NCBI GenBank assembly: GCA_000708835.1
Contig: DF237289.1
Span: forward strand, 35,816 to 99,815
Reading direction: 5' to 3'
Source: Klebsormidium nitens
Taxonomy: Eukaryota; Plantae; Klebsormidiophyceae
DNA: 64,000 nt
In this document: in pieces, positions 23,401 through 35,366 of the stretch
Numbering within the stretch: the stretch's first letter is position 1
Layout: the number at the start of each line of letters is the position of its first letter
Notes under the pieces: generated by a model
The model's database searches: none
Told to the model about the DNA's origin: nothing
What the model saw: the letters and a program-made list of their open reading frames with translations, nothing else
Program-made: the position numbers and the translations under genes

Positions 23401-26279
23401 GAGCCGGCCGTGAAGCGGAGGAGAGGCAGGGGGAGTGCAGCAGGGTTAGCGAGGAACTGAAGCGGGTTAAGGGGGAACTTGAACGGGTTTCGGAGGAAGC
23501 GGAGGGGTCTGGTCGGGAGCGGAACCGGGTGGTAAAGCAACTGGGGCGGGCTCAGGAGGAACTGAACCGAGTCACGGCGGAGTGCCACGTGGCGGATGGA
23601 GAGAGGAGGAAGATGGATGAGGAGCTGAGGTGGGTTAAGGAGGAGCTGGACCGGGTTACTGAGCAGGTTAGGACCCAAATGCAGGGTCAGGAACAGGCAA
23701 GCATGGACGCGGAACAGACAAGGGCGCAACTCGCGGAAGCAGAGCATGAGGCAGAGCGGCTCAGAGCGGCCCTGGCTGACGCGGACGAGAAGCTGAGGCA
23801 GACGGACGCCACGTGGCAGGAAGAGATTGGCCGGTGGAGAGACGAGAACACCGGTCTGCAGAGTGACGTGCTCGCCGCAAGTCGGTCGGCGGAGGCGGCA
23901 GAAAAGAATCTGGAGGAGAAGCAAGGGTACATAGCCGACTGCGAGGCACGGTTAGCGCAAGCGCAGCAGGAGTTGGAACGGGTTGGCGGAGAAAACGGAC
24001 GGTTAAGGGCGGAGCTAGAAGCGGCGTACCAGAACGCTGAAGCTCTGACCCACGAAGCCGAAGGTCACAGAACGGATGCGCAGAATGCGCATGGGGACAG
24101 GGCGCAATTGGAGGAAAGGCTGTGTCAGCTGGAAGAAGAGAACCGTCGATTACAGCACGAGTTGGACCAGTCCGGCCAGCACATTCAAGAGCTGTCGACC
24201 GGCCTCGAAGCTCAAATAGCGGAGATTGCGGACGTTGCGGATTTGAGGGCCGCTCTTGACGAGAAGTGCGCTCTCGTGCACGATCTGCAGACGCAGCTAG
24301 CGGCGCTCTCGGCTGAGTTGCAGCACGCGAGCGCACTGCTGCAGGAGCAGTCGTTGGCAGAGAAAACCGTTTTTTCAAACCAGCCAAGACCGGACCAGCA
24401 GCAGCCGTACCAGCCCGACGTCAGCAGCGGGCCCCCAAACCCGGCTTCACTGACGTCAGAGGATGCGCCTGAGGCGTTCCGAGACGTCCACGTGGACCGG
24501 GTGGTTCTTCCTCAGCCAGGAGCGGGACTCGACCCGGGAGCGTCGCAAGAGTGGGCCGCGGCCGCGGCCGCGGAACGGCGCGAGGCACAGCTGGAGGGGG
24601 CGCTGGAACAGGCACGCCACGACTACGAACTGCTGCTCAAAGGTGACCTCAAGCAGCCAAGTGTCTCTTTCGCAGCAGGCCTTTTGACGTAGAAATAGGG
24701 GAGCAAGTCTGCCGGTCAGGGACGTCCTGTCTGGGAGGGCCTCACCGTCTGCCGCTTATGTACTCAGTGCGTGGCTTTCAATGAAGCGCGAGCTGGAACT
24801 GAAAAGATAGCAAGGGCGCATCAGTAACGATAGAGCTCCCCCTGTGAAACTTCCGTTACCACTCTAGTCCGAGGATTGATCACGCAACGGCAACCTCTGT
24901 TGATCCTAAGGTTTTCTTTGAAACCGATCGAGACCGGCAGAGTCTTGACGGACAGGCTGTCCTTGGGCATCATTGTCAACCTTGACAGTGACAGCTCTGA
25001 GTCAATGGTTAACCACGTTAACGCCGCCCAAGTGTCCCTTGTTCAGAGCTGTCGGACGTGAAGGCGGAGCGCGCCACCCTGATCAGCAGTCTGCAGCAAA
25101 TGGCGGGGGAGCTGGGCCAAGGCAGGCGACGGAGCGGCGACCGGGATGAGCTGGCGGCGTCCTTCAACAGGACGGCACTGCAGGTATGGCGCCGAATGCT
25201 CTGCTGCCCACAAGCAATCTAATGGACCTACTGCAGAAAAAGTCCTGGAAACGAACGGGGGAATAATATGGATCATCTAGCTCAAGCTCTTGCAAGCGTA
25301 GGAACAAAAGCTCCTAGACGAGGGAATATTCCTGTGGCACCACATTTCGCGGGGTCTTCTTGAAAGCCGCCGCCTCTTCTCAAGATCTTCGCCCTCATCA
25401 CCAAGTCCTTTCTTTAACGTCTTAAGATCGTTCCGCCCCACAGGGCTTTCCATTCTTTTTTTGAGTCTGCTACGACTCGCTTGCGTCAGACATCTTCATG
25501 TTGTAACATTCAAATCAAGCCATCTAATAATCTCAGTAGTGGAAAGCAACAGGTTCTGATGTTGCTTACAGGCCGTGGAGAATGAGAGGGCCGCCATGGC
25601 GCAGCAGCTGCTGTCCGCCAACAAGGCGCTCGTGAGCGCTAAGAAAGAGTGCGCGGGACTCAGGATGCTGCTCGCGGACAAGAGCGAGATGCTGGACCAG
25701 GGGGCGCGCGACCTCATGCGCGCACAGAAGCTGGTGAGATTCAATCGGAGCGCGCGCGTTGCTGCTCGATGGCTCATCTGTACGTATTCCGTATCGCTGA
25801 TTGGGCACGCGCAACACTGGCCCTCACAAGTAAAGGTGTAACGGAACCGTCTGCTCCATTCTACTTCTGCTTCAATACCTTTCGCTTCTCTGCGGATCAC
25901 GAAATTCTGACAACGAGCAACATCCTGAGGATATGTATGAGGCCAGGTTATCTACCATCGGCGGATGGCACTGATCTAGATCGAAACGGACAAGCCCTAT
26001 GCTACATCGAAGCTGCCGGGAGCTCAGAAAGACAGTAGCATTCTGTTTGACCAACAAATATGCTCAAAAAGACCCCTTACGCGTCTGCAGATCAAGCAGT
26101 ATGAGGCCGACCTCGCCGCGCTGCGGAAGGAGGTGGCGTCGCTGTCGAAGGAGCTGCAGGCAGGCCGGCGGCAGTCCGCGTCGGTGCAGACCGACTTTGA
26201 GGGCCTCGCCTTGCAGCGGTCGGTCAGCAAAGAGAAGGAGCGGTACCTGTCGGGGCGGGGGCTGTGGCGGGAACGGTGA
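17429..26279 (+). CDS. Large (~1,570 aa, 13 exons) protein with an N-terminal WD40 propeller and a ~1,200-aa coiled coil
   Basis: Exons are 17429-17585, 17968-18314, 18617-18760, 19105-19245, 19500-19619, 19938-20057, 20448-20912, 21368-22533, 22705-22831, 23190-24642, 25047-25183, 25572-25733 and 26091-26279, all phase-compatible GT-AG. It has repeated H...V..L.....VWSG..D..I..WD units followed by E/R/Q/A heptads. Confidence 0.88.
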
Positions 26280-27210
26280 CGTCTTGACAAGCCCAGTCAA
26301 TTTGATCTAGACATTGTTGTTTTAACGCGCCGCAGTTAGATAAATCGTCCCGAAAGCCACCAAGCGGTGCGACTCCGGAACCACGCGAGATCCCTTTGAA
26401 ATAGGGCGCGCGAGCTGCGAGCGTCCTAGGATCATACTGTAAGTATACGTCTCGATGGCTACACACGTCATTGCATGATAACCTCTTTAGAATGATATGT
26501 AAGCATCGGTTCCCAAGTTTGCCGGGCACCTCACGATTCCGTTGGAACCATAAAAGGGTACGTCTATTTGTGCAAAACAGGTGACATCGGCGTGCACCGT
26601 TAACAAGGGAGATTTCGAGTCGGTCTTCATGAAGCGCACTATACAGAGACACGCCTCAAGCTAGAAGCACATCATGTATAGCAAGCAGGTAGAGAAGTTT
26701 GTAATATTTTACCGACACTACAGATAAAGGTTGGCCTCTGTATACAGCTATCCATAATAGTATGCATGACAACATTTGAGCATGTCACTCGGGTCGAAGA
26801 TTTCAGTAAACAACTAGCTGACGACCTGCAAAACCCCCAGTGCAATCGTAATAAAAGGGTCGGCCGGAATCTGTCCGGCCCGGCTTCAAAAGAAGACTCA
26901 TGCAATGTGACTCGCATGCATCATAGCAAGAGCGGCCTTGATGCATGGCCGCGCGCTCGACAGCTATAGCTTACAGAACTTACAACAATAAGAATTCGGA
27001 GGAGATGAGAATATTTTTGTAAGAATCAAAAAGCGCGTCGAGCTAGCAATGTAAAAATTGAGATTGATTCTTCTGTACTTAATCTACAGAGCCCAGACCT
27101 CGCTCCTATACCTGAAATTTGATAGTATGGTTGTCAATCTGCCAACTCGTGGCAGGCCTGAAACCGCGAGGCGGTACGTGCGGGATTTCTAGCAATTTGG
27201 CAAACAATCA

Positions 27211-29360
27211 TCATCTATGAGGCTTGGACTTTCCTGTACCTATTGTCTTCAAAGACACGTGTCGCTCGGCGGCCGCTGCTTGCCTTGCGAGCACTCGTGC
27301 TGCGCGCAATTTAGGTCCGACTGCTGTCCGAGGCGGCCGCTCCCCGTAACGGACGCCTTTGGGGACGGGGGTTTGGGAGCGGCGCGCGCACTGGAAGAAC
27401 CTGATTGTGGCTGCTGCTTCTGGTAACGTCGAGGGGGGACAGCAGTGTCGGACGTCCTGAAGAGGAAAAGCCAAAAACGTCAGCAGCAAGTGAGGCAGAT
27501 AGAAAACATCCTGCCGCTCTGAGTGATCGTTTCTCCATACGAGGATACACACTTCGCAGGGTTGTATACGTAGAGGTAAGCTTTTGCATCGGGTGCCTGT
27601 AGTATATGTCAGGAGGGCCAAACTTCTATACATTGTCTTCCAGTCGAAGCTGAAAAGCCGGAGTCGCTCAGTTCCACCGGAATACCAAAGTGCTGCCAGC
27701 AAGGTGCTAGCCTGCCTCACCTTCTCCGCGTCTTCGGCTCCTCGAACGGCCTGCTCTGGCCAGGGTTTGTGACCGGCGCGGGGGTACAGATGACGAGTGC
27801 CCATCTCCAACCCGCGGATCGCCTCGACCTGCTCTTCTGGAGACGCGAGGGGGTCCTCGCGGGCCGGTGTAAAATGGGAAACGACTGTGAATACCACAAT
27901 CGCTTCGTAGCTCGTTCCATTCGCTGCTCGCATGTCGATGACCAGTTTACGGGCCGTTCCTGCATGTGCTACGAAGTGACGGGTGTTCAAGAGACGAGCG
28001 TTCCATCTGAAACGCATATCCTACCAGCGCGCTGCTGCTTTAGCTGAGCTGTTTGCGCGCGCAGTATTCAAAAAAATTCAGTCAGAGGCAGCAGTCCGTA
28101 CCTCGGGAGGGCGGTGTCCCTCCCTCGAGGTCTCGTCCCGGCCCTGGTCGCTGCGCGGCCACTCGCTCGCCTTGAGGGAGACATCCCGGGGGGGACGGGG
28201 CAAGGGAGACGCGCGCGTTGACCTTTGAAGGGACCAGCGCGACCAGCGGAGCTGGGATGCACGGCAAGCGACGTGCTCGTCGATTACCTTGAAAGATGGA
28301 AACAGCCCGGACTTTCTTCTATATACAACTGGGAGTGTCTGGAAACTCCAGGATATCGTCACAAAAGGTATCTTTAAGCCAGCGCGACACTGCTTGAAAA
28401 CCTGACCAAAGGAATGCACGAAAGGGCGGGCGCAATTGAATCCCAATATTACTGTCTGCAAGAGAGAACAATTTCGGTTCTTCTTTGCTGCCAGCATTAG
28501 ATCCTTAGAGCTCTTGGACAGACAGCTCGGGGATGCTGATAATAACAGCATGGACCGGCCCCTCATCGACCTGGCCTAAGCCAGGGGGGCCGCTCGCAGA
28601 GTGATGTCATCATCTGTAAGGGACGGTGGGCACGAGTGAGAGCTTTTCTGGCAGGATAAAGCAGTGATGCATAGTTAGTCATCCAATGCGTTGCTCGTCA
28701 GACGTTGCTCATTCATGCGAAGCTTTGTCTTCCCAACAAACCCAATCCTAACTTTTTGAGCGAGACCAGCGAGGAGACTACCCCTCAATCGAAGAACTGG
28801 ACATGAAGGGGAAAGCCCCCAAAGCATGCTGTGCAAATCTGAGAGGACTCTGCCATCGCATCAGGCAGCCATATGACCTCGCCTGCAGATTCGTGGCGTC
28901 CCCAAAATCGCCCAAAACGAAGTAGGCCGCAGCGTCCATGTCAAACGCCAGAGGATTCAGGCTCCACGTCGCCTCGGATGCATGGCAAATTGGTACGCCC
29001 CGTGCTCGGGCCGTCATTGTTCTCTGTAGCGGTGTGGGGCCAGCTGCAGGAGAGGAGAGGAAGCAGATTAAGTATGCAAAAAACCTCGTTGATCAAGTCA
29101 GCTTGTCGATACATTTCCAAAGCACCAGCTCTTCAACCTATTCATTAGCTAGTACGCAGAAATAGAACAAGTCAGAACTTAAGGAGTCCTTCACAAAGCA
29201 GACACTTCCAACTCACCCAAGACTAACGACTACGAATGCGTCTCACCACTGTGCATGCACAGCGGTTGCAGACTGACCTGTGCACGGCGATATCTCCTCC
29301 TTTAGAGCCTCGTGCACTGCAGCCTCCACGACAAGCTCCTGGCTGAATCCGGCTAAGCGG
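27211..29360 (-). pseudogene. X1: disabled paralogue of orphan family X (exons 3-8 only)
   Basis: Collinear with X2 and X3 (e.g. WSLNPLAFDMDAAAYF). Exon 5 has indels, an in-frame TAA at 28507-28505 and a lost donor. The last exon has 4-nt and 7-nt insertions. Exons 1-2 were not found. Confidence 0.78.
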
Positions 29361-29958
29361 GAAGTCAAAAATGGTCAGACGATTGGAGGCAGTTACTTTC
29401 TGCAAAGCTCCTAGGCACATTTTAGGATCGAGCAATAAGATCATTATAAGGGACGAAATTTCTGCTGATCCCGTGCATGATTTCATAAAAATCATGTCTA
29501 TTGAGAAAAGTTACGAAAGGGGATATCGCCTGACTGCAGTTCAGATCGATGGTGCCTGGTGTTAGCATACATAAAGAGGCAGGATCTAAGCCGGAATCAT
29601 TACATTGATGGTGGCACCAACGCTATCGGCAAGATTCGACAATGGCTGAGCTGGCATGTCCTTGCACAATCGGATGCATGACGCAAGCCACAACACACGA
29701 CTCGCCCCACACCGGCAACATGGGAACAATCTATCTATGGCGAGCACATGCACCAATCATCAGATGACTTTCGACTTGTGTAATCTGACTACATGGTAGT
29801 GGATAGATTGACTGCTTTGGCCAACTAGCCATACGTAGGGAAGGGGAAGGCTTTTCTTATGTTCGGCAGGTTGTTCCCGCCATCAACAGTTCCTTCGCAA
29901 TATGAAGCAGAATCCGTGCACCGCCGAAATTTCTTTCAAAGACAGAGTGATCGATCTT

Positions 29959-31516
29959 CTACTCCGCATTGGAGCTGAATTTCAAGCACAAAGTAGCTCT
30001 TGACCAGCCTTTCAGGATAAACTTTCTTGGCACCTCAACTAAGGGAAAGAGCACATCAAAGACTGCAAATACTGTATCAATTGCAAAGCAGCCGGAAACA
30101 AAGTCGGGCCACGGATTTATCTCTTCGATCACTTGAACACCTTTAGGATCAATAGACCAAGTCACAATCAACCGATTGTCGGCTCCATATAGCTGATACT
30201 TGGCGTTGGGATTCAGGAATTGTTGGATGCTGTAGATAGGCGTTGATGTAGCCGTAAATGTGTATGAGGTGACCTGCAAGGTAAGTGACTATATACTTTA
30301 CTACATGTAGCTGATGTCATTCGTCCGTTATGGAGTTTGCAGGGTCAGCCGTACAATAGAAGACCGCTTGTAAAGAATATGCCTAATCAATGATCAACAA
30401 TCAACATAGGTCACAGCAGCATCAATTTTAGCATAGCTGGTTGCAGATTCCCACCTGTTCCCCATTCAGCTTGATGCGGATCGACGGTGACAGCACCACG
30501 TGATTCCACTGATCAACAGCAAGCCAAAGTGCCTGGAAGTTCTTTGGGCAACTGGCAAAGAATCCCCTTTTATCATCTACCAGGATTATTCCTCGAAAGG
30601 CGTCAAAAGAAGATCCAAAAGTCGGTCCTCCTGGCCGTATTATTGTGCTCCAATTGAAGCAATTCGCGTCAGGTCCGGCTGGATTCGGAGCAAGGGTGAA
30701 GTACAGATTTGTGTGAAATGCTTGGGGTCTACCAAATGGACTCCTCCTACCCTCAAAGGCAAAGTGTACGCATGGTGCCAGAGCTCGACCACATGCGTGA
30801 ATGTCCTGAAGGCACTGCAGGTCTAAAGATGCATTACAATTGCTGTTTGGTGTCAATGTAAGATTCTTGCTTCCAACCGATGGGAACTGGGAACTGAATT
30901 CTGCAGAATGAACAGGGTTCAGATCAACAAAATGCCCAGCTCGAAGAGTCTCGTCCTCGTCGACAACGTCGACAAGACACTCTGCCTGAAGGTCCTTGAA
31001 TAGGACGGGAAAAGTTTGTGGCCCGATTTCAAAACTCTCTAGACACACACGTATGTCTGGCAATTGAAACGTGCCCGCAACGTCGTACTTGATGCTAACC
31101 CCAGGATTGCTTGTTTGGTGCAATGCCTGTAACAAAGCCACGCTGATCAGCATGCTAAACTTAGAAAGAAGGGCTCAGCTGCATTTTGTAAAGATGTCCC
31201 TGGAGTAGCAAAAAGGCCACTGGCCCAAGCAGCAGCGTGGCGTTTCACTGGCACGTGGTTGATCATACTGAATATGGAGCCACAGGCAATGAGGTCAAAA
31301 CCATGGCACAGGCTCATGTTCAGCTGTCATTCCGAGCAGGACCAGTTGTACGACGGAAGGAAGATTGAAAGATTAGTGACTGCAAAATGCTGATCGGCTG
31401 ATGCTCACCTCAGTCAAAAGATAACCTACTCCTGCAAGAAAAGCACCGCCAACCAAGAAGTACACAACCCAAGCCCAGCAGCGGCCCTGCTTTTCCACGT
31501 CCCAAGGCGTGGCCAT
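29959..31516 (-). CDS. Two-TM, large-ectodomain protein (364 aa) resembling PAC/TMEM206 (ENaC/P2X-like topology); exons 31516-31409, 31126-30455, 30273-29959
   Basis: All introns are phase-0 GT-AG. TM1 is WAWVVYFLVGGAFLAGVGYLL, followed by NPGVSIKYD, an ectodomain with 8 Cys, then DPKGVQVIEEINPW and TM2 FVSGCFAIDTVFAVFDVLF. The gene model is well supported; the family call comes from recalled PAC motifs. Confidence 0.75.
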
Positions 31517-31769
31517 TGCCCTGACCCAGCTATAGCTGCGGCCTGGCGGTTTCAGGCTTCAATTTCGCTATGTACATTGTTGTGTAGTGTGGGACTGTGT
31601 GGCACTTCCTTCAGTGAACAGTGAACACTTTCGTTGCCAGAATCATAGACGGTATTACCTAGCTGGTAGGGGTCGGCCTTCCGACTTCTACACCGTTGAA
31701 CCTGGTAAGAGTCTCGCATTCATTGCACGGCTGAATCCTTGTAAGTTGTGGTTGACAAAAAAAATGTAC

Positions 31770-32980
31770 CGACCGGTCTAATCAACTCCTAGGTCTTCGA
31801 CGCCCAAATGGCCGAGCATTTGGCTGGCGAGTCCAATAGGCCCGCCCGGGCTGGTTGAGGCTGCCGGGCGCAATCAGAGTTACCAGTATCACAAGCCGAT
31901 CAATGTACTACTAAGGTACCTAGTGAAAAATAACGGAGACGGGTAGCTAGGGCTAGTTTAATAGGGGGTTAGGGTGGGTACGGGTGCGGAGCGGATGATC
32001 TTTTGGGTTTAAGGGTTTTTAGTAACCCCAAAATGCTTCCTGTTCACTGGGCTTGCTGTTACACCGAATCAAGAAATTAGTACCGGCGCAACCTGACCGG
32101 CTCAGCGGCCTGACCGGCTGTAGCGGCTAGCCGGCTGCCGCTGTACGTGCATTTGATGCAGTGACGTGGACTGTACGGACGTCTAAAACAGTTGGAACCT
32201 TGACATCATGTTGACCGTCGTTCTCCGGCCACACCCATGTATGGAAACTGGCGACATTTGTGTTCAGTCAGGGCCGTGTTCACTTAAGAACAGGTCCCGG
32301 GGACTGGTAGGGTTGGTTTTGGGGTTAGGGTGGGTACGGGGCGGAGCGTGCACGTGAAATCCTGTTACTTTGGACTTCTAGTTTGTTTTCGCCCCGGGCG
32401 GATACTGAACACAAGCTTAAGTGAATACAGATGTCGCCAGTATGTATCCCTAAACCCCCAAACGAACGCAACCAGTGTTCGACACGAGCCGCGCCGTCAC
32501 ACCAGACAAACGTCAGCCGACCGTGACGGATTTGCCACCGGGCCGACTCAACCGAGGGGCGTCGGCCGAAAAGCCGGTACAGAATCAAGGTAATTTCGGC
32601 TGCTTGGCTGAGGTCCAGCCGACAGACCAGAGAGAAGTCGGCCTTGGACAGTGGGAGCCGACGTACAAAATCGAAACTCCATGTCGAACGCTGAACCCAA
32701 CCCGTCCGACCCAGGGTTGAAGGGTTTCCCACAGCCGGCAAGAGAACCTGGACCTGACCGGCCGAGAAAAGAACCCCGGCCGGTGCCGAAGGCAACCCCG
32801 CCGGCTGCTCAGCCGGCTGAAAATGCAGGCAAAAAGTGGGCTCAGCCGGCCGGTTAAGCCAATTGGCCGACTACCGAGCCGAGAGAACCGGGGGGGCGCC
32901 GGCAGCTGACCGGCCGGGACGAAACTCCGTGGGAAACCCTGGTCCGACCCCCGGGCTTTCCCAGTTGGTCAACATGTACC
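31770..32980. repeat. CCGG-rich repetitive non-coding block, possibly a non-autonomous element
   Basis: Has many (T)GACCGGC/CAGCCGGC motifs and a direct repeat GGGGTTAGGGTGGGTACGGG..GCGGAGCG (~31966 and ~32321). An inverted pair CTGGCGACAT(T)TGTGTTCA / TGAATACAGATGTCGCCAG lies at ~32249 and ~32422. The block is absent from duplication copy 2. Confidence 0.4.
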
Positions 32981-33249
32981 GTAGGTAGCTACAACAAACC
33001 ACAGTGTACATGAGTGCATGATCACATGATGCGCGCCTTGCATGTGCATTGTGGACTTCGAGTCTACAGTGGATCGGATCGTAAAGCTCTGCGCAGCTTG
33101 CAGCTTGAAATTTAGACCTTGAAGGCTCGAAGGCTCAGGCAAGATGATGATGATTTTCGTGTGTTGCGCTCCCGTTGCGCTATTACACCGTCATACCGCA
33201 TTTCAGGCATGCTGCACGTTTCTGGTACCTATTTAGGTCGAACTTAGAA

Positions 33250-33800
33250 TTTAAATAGGACCAATGTTAGGACCACTGCAGATCAAAATACAAGTTATTT
33301 ACCATTGACCTGAGGCGGGGCCCGGCAAACGGCTAAAGGCTCCATAACGAGCTCCGATGCCCACTTGTCGCGACGACATTGCTGCCAATGCGAGTCCATG
33401 ACAATATTATGTGAAGCTGCAGCGGCTATGCACCAGTGGTCACCTTGAGAAGCCCAGAGGGCAATCTGCTGAGTCGCTCCTCTAAAAAGCGGCTTATCTG
33501 GCAACTGTACACAATTTGAACCCCACAACTTAGCCATCCGTGAAACCCAACAGGCACCCCATGAGGCCGCTGAACGACCTTCACTTACTCTTGGCGTCGG
33601 CCCCTGCATCTTCGTCATCCTCAGTTTCCCCTTCGTCTTCAGGGGGGAAAGAAGACGTCTCGTCTGCCACTGCCAGCGCCCCGGCAAGCAGCGCGCACGC
33701 ATGCAGCCGCCGCAATGGTGTACCACGCCACTCCGCTGAAGAGCATCCTTGGCACCACCCCAGTGTTGGCCGCCAGCATCGTCTCCGAGATCGGGTTAGT
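33250..33800 (-). pseudogene. Duplicated 3' end and 3' flank of the DnaJ-ferredoxin gene
   Basis: NPISETMLAANTGVVPRMLFSGVAWYTIAAA matches 39550-39748, with a 4-nt frameshifting insertion. Confidence 0.88.
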
Positions 33801-33904
33801 TCTGACAAGCCCAATGCTATGTCGGGGCTGCCGCAAGATCAAACAGATGATAGCATTCTGTTCGACCGACAAACATGCCCAGAAAACTTCTTCCGTGTTT
33901 GCAG

Positions 33905-34093
33905 ATCAAGCAGTATGAGGGCGACCTCGCCGCGCTGCGCAAGGAGGTGGCGTCGCTGTCCAAGGAGCTGCAGGCGGGCCGGCGGCAGTCCGCGTCGGTG
34001 CAGACCGACTTTGAGGGCCTCGCCTCGCAGCGGTCCGTCAGCAAAGAGAAGGAGCAGTACCTGTCGGGGCGGGGGCTGTGGCGGGAACGATGA
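33905..34093 (+). other. Intact orphan duplicate of the WD40/coiled-coil terminal exon (possible alternative last exon)
   Basis: 189 nt with 8 substitutions relative to 26091-26279. The TTTGCAG acceptor and TGA stop are retained. Confidence 0.8.
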
Positions 34094-35366
34094 CGCCAAA
34101 ACAAGCTCAGTCGAAAACGAAAGAAAGATGGTTAACCCGCCGCAGTTGAGTATTAGGCTTGTATCCTTTTAGGGTGGCGAAGTCGGGCTCACACAGAACT
34201 TGTCCTGAAGTGCGGCGCGCGAGCTGCGAGCTTTTTAGGTTCCTTTGTACGTACGTCTTAGTCGCTCAAACCGTCATGGAACACCTTCACTGATCTGTAA
34301 GGTCGGGGCCCAATGGTGCCGTTCCCCTCACAATACTGTACGACACTGTCGTCACATGGGCACGGTTAGTAAGTCAGTCGCAGGTGCTTTTGAAGCGCAC
34401 TATACACAGGCCTGAGGCTAGAAGTAGGATTGAGCACTGCAAGAAGACCTGTCGCACCAGCGGCATCGCCAGGAAGCCACGTTAGTATGAGCCGGACGAT
34501 GCACAAGCTTCATCGGAACCAAATTACCATACCCACGATATAAATAGAAGTTGGCCTTCTGAATACAGGTTCATAATCCATTGCTTTCAGAACGTTGATT
34601 ACGCAATTTGAGGAGCTGCAAACCGTGACCTAAGCCGATCCGTCTACGTCTGCTGTAGATGAAGAGTCAACAGCAATTTGACTTGCACTTATGCATGGCC
34701 GCGCTCGACAGCTAGCTCAAAGACAACAAGAGTTCTTGATAAGCTCATCACTTTGGTGTTTCGCACCGTATATCTGAGCTCGCGCGCCAAGCCCGTATGT
34801 TTCCAGCGGTTTCCAGCGGTTTCCAGCTCGCGCTTCCGTTGGCAGAGCTGCATGCAATCCAAAATTGAAGTAATGGTTAAGCAAATCTCTCTGTTCTTGA
34901 TCGGTATATCATTGAACGTATCTGATCGAGCCTGCGTTTTGGTCGTCACGCTGTGAGAATGCATGGTGCGCAAGTAGGATTAACATGCCAGTCTCCAACT
35001 TCCGTTTCAAAACCATGTGTGTGTGCGGATAGGCTTTGCCGAATTCCCCATCATTGGAAGGGCTTGAAGTCTTGTCGTGCATCAGCTCTATGCAATTGAA
35101 TTGATGGTGGCAGGACCCCGCTGAGGCAGAGTCCGATTCAACTTCACCACCAGACAGAAATTGAACATAGATTTGAATACATTTGAAATCAATTGCGCGC
35201 AGCTAGCAATGTAAAGAATAAAAGAATGTTTTAGTGTCTTTTCTAAAGAGCCCAGGCCTCAATCCTATACCTCCTGAGTATGTCTGTCAATCTGTCAACT
35301 CGTGGCCGTTAGGCCTGATATACAAGCGGTGCAATTTAGCAATTTGCCGAAAAATATCAATCTCAT

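Noticed and set aside
20408-24387. Long minus-strand S/R/C-rich ORFs
   Set aside because: Antisense shadows of the GC-rich coiled-coil exons.
27211-28017. 268-aa ORF as an intact gene
   Set aside because: It reads through introns of pseudogene X1 in mixed frames.
31960-32030. Telomere-like TTAGGG/TTTAAGGG motifs
   Set aside because: Only isolated, non-tandem units; not an interstitial telomeric array.
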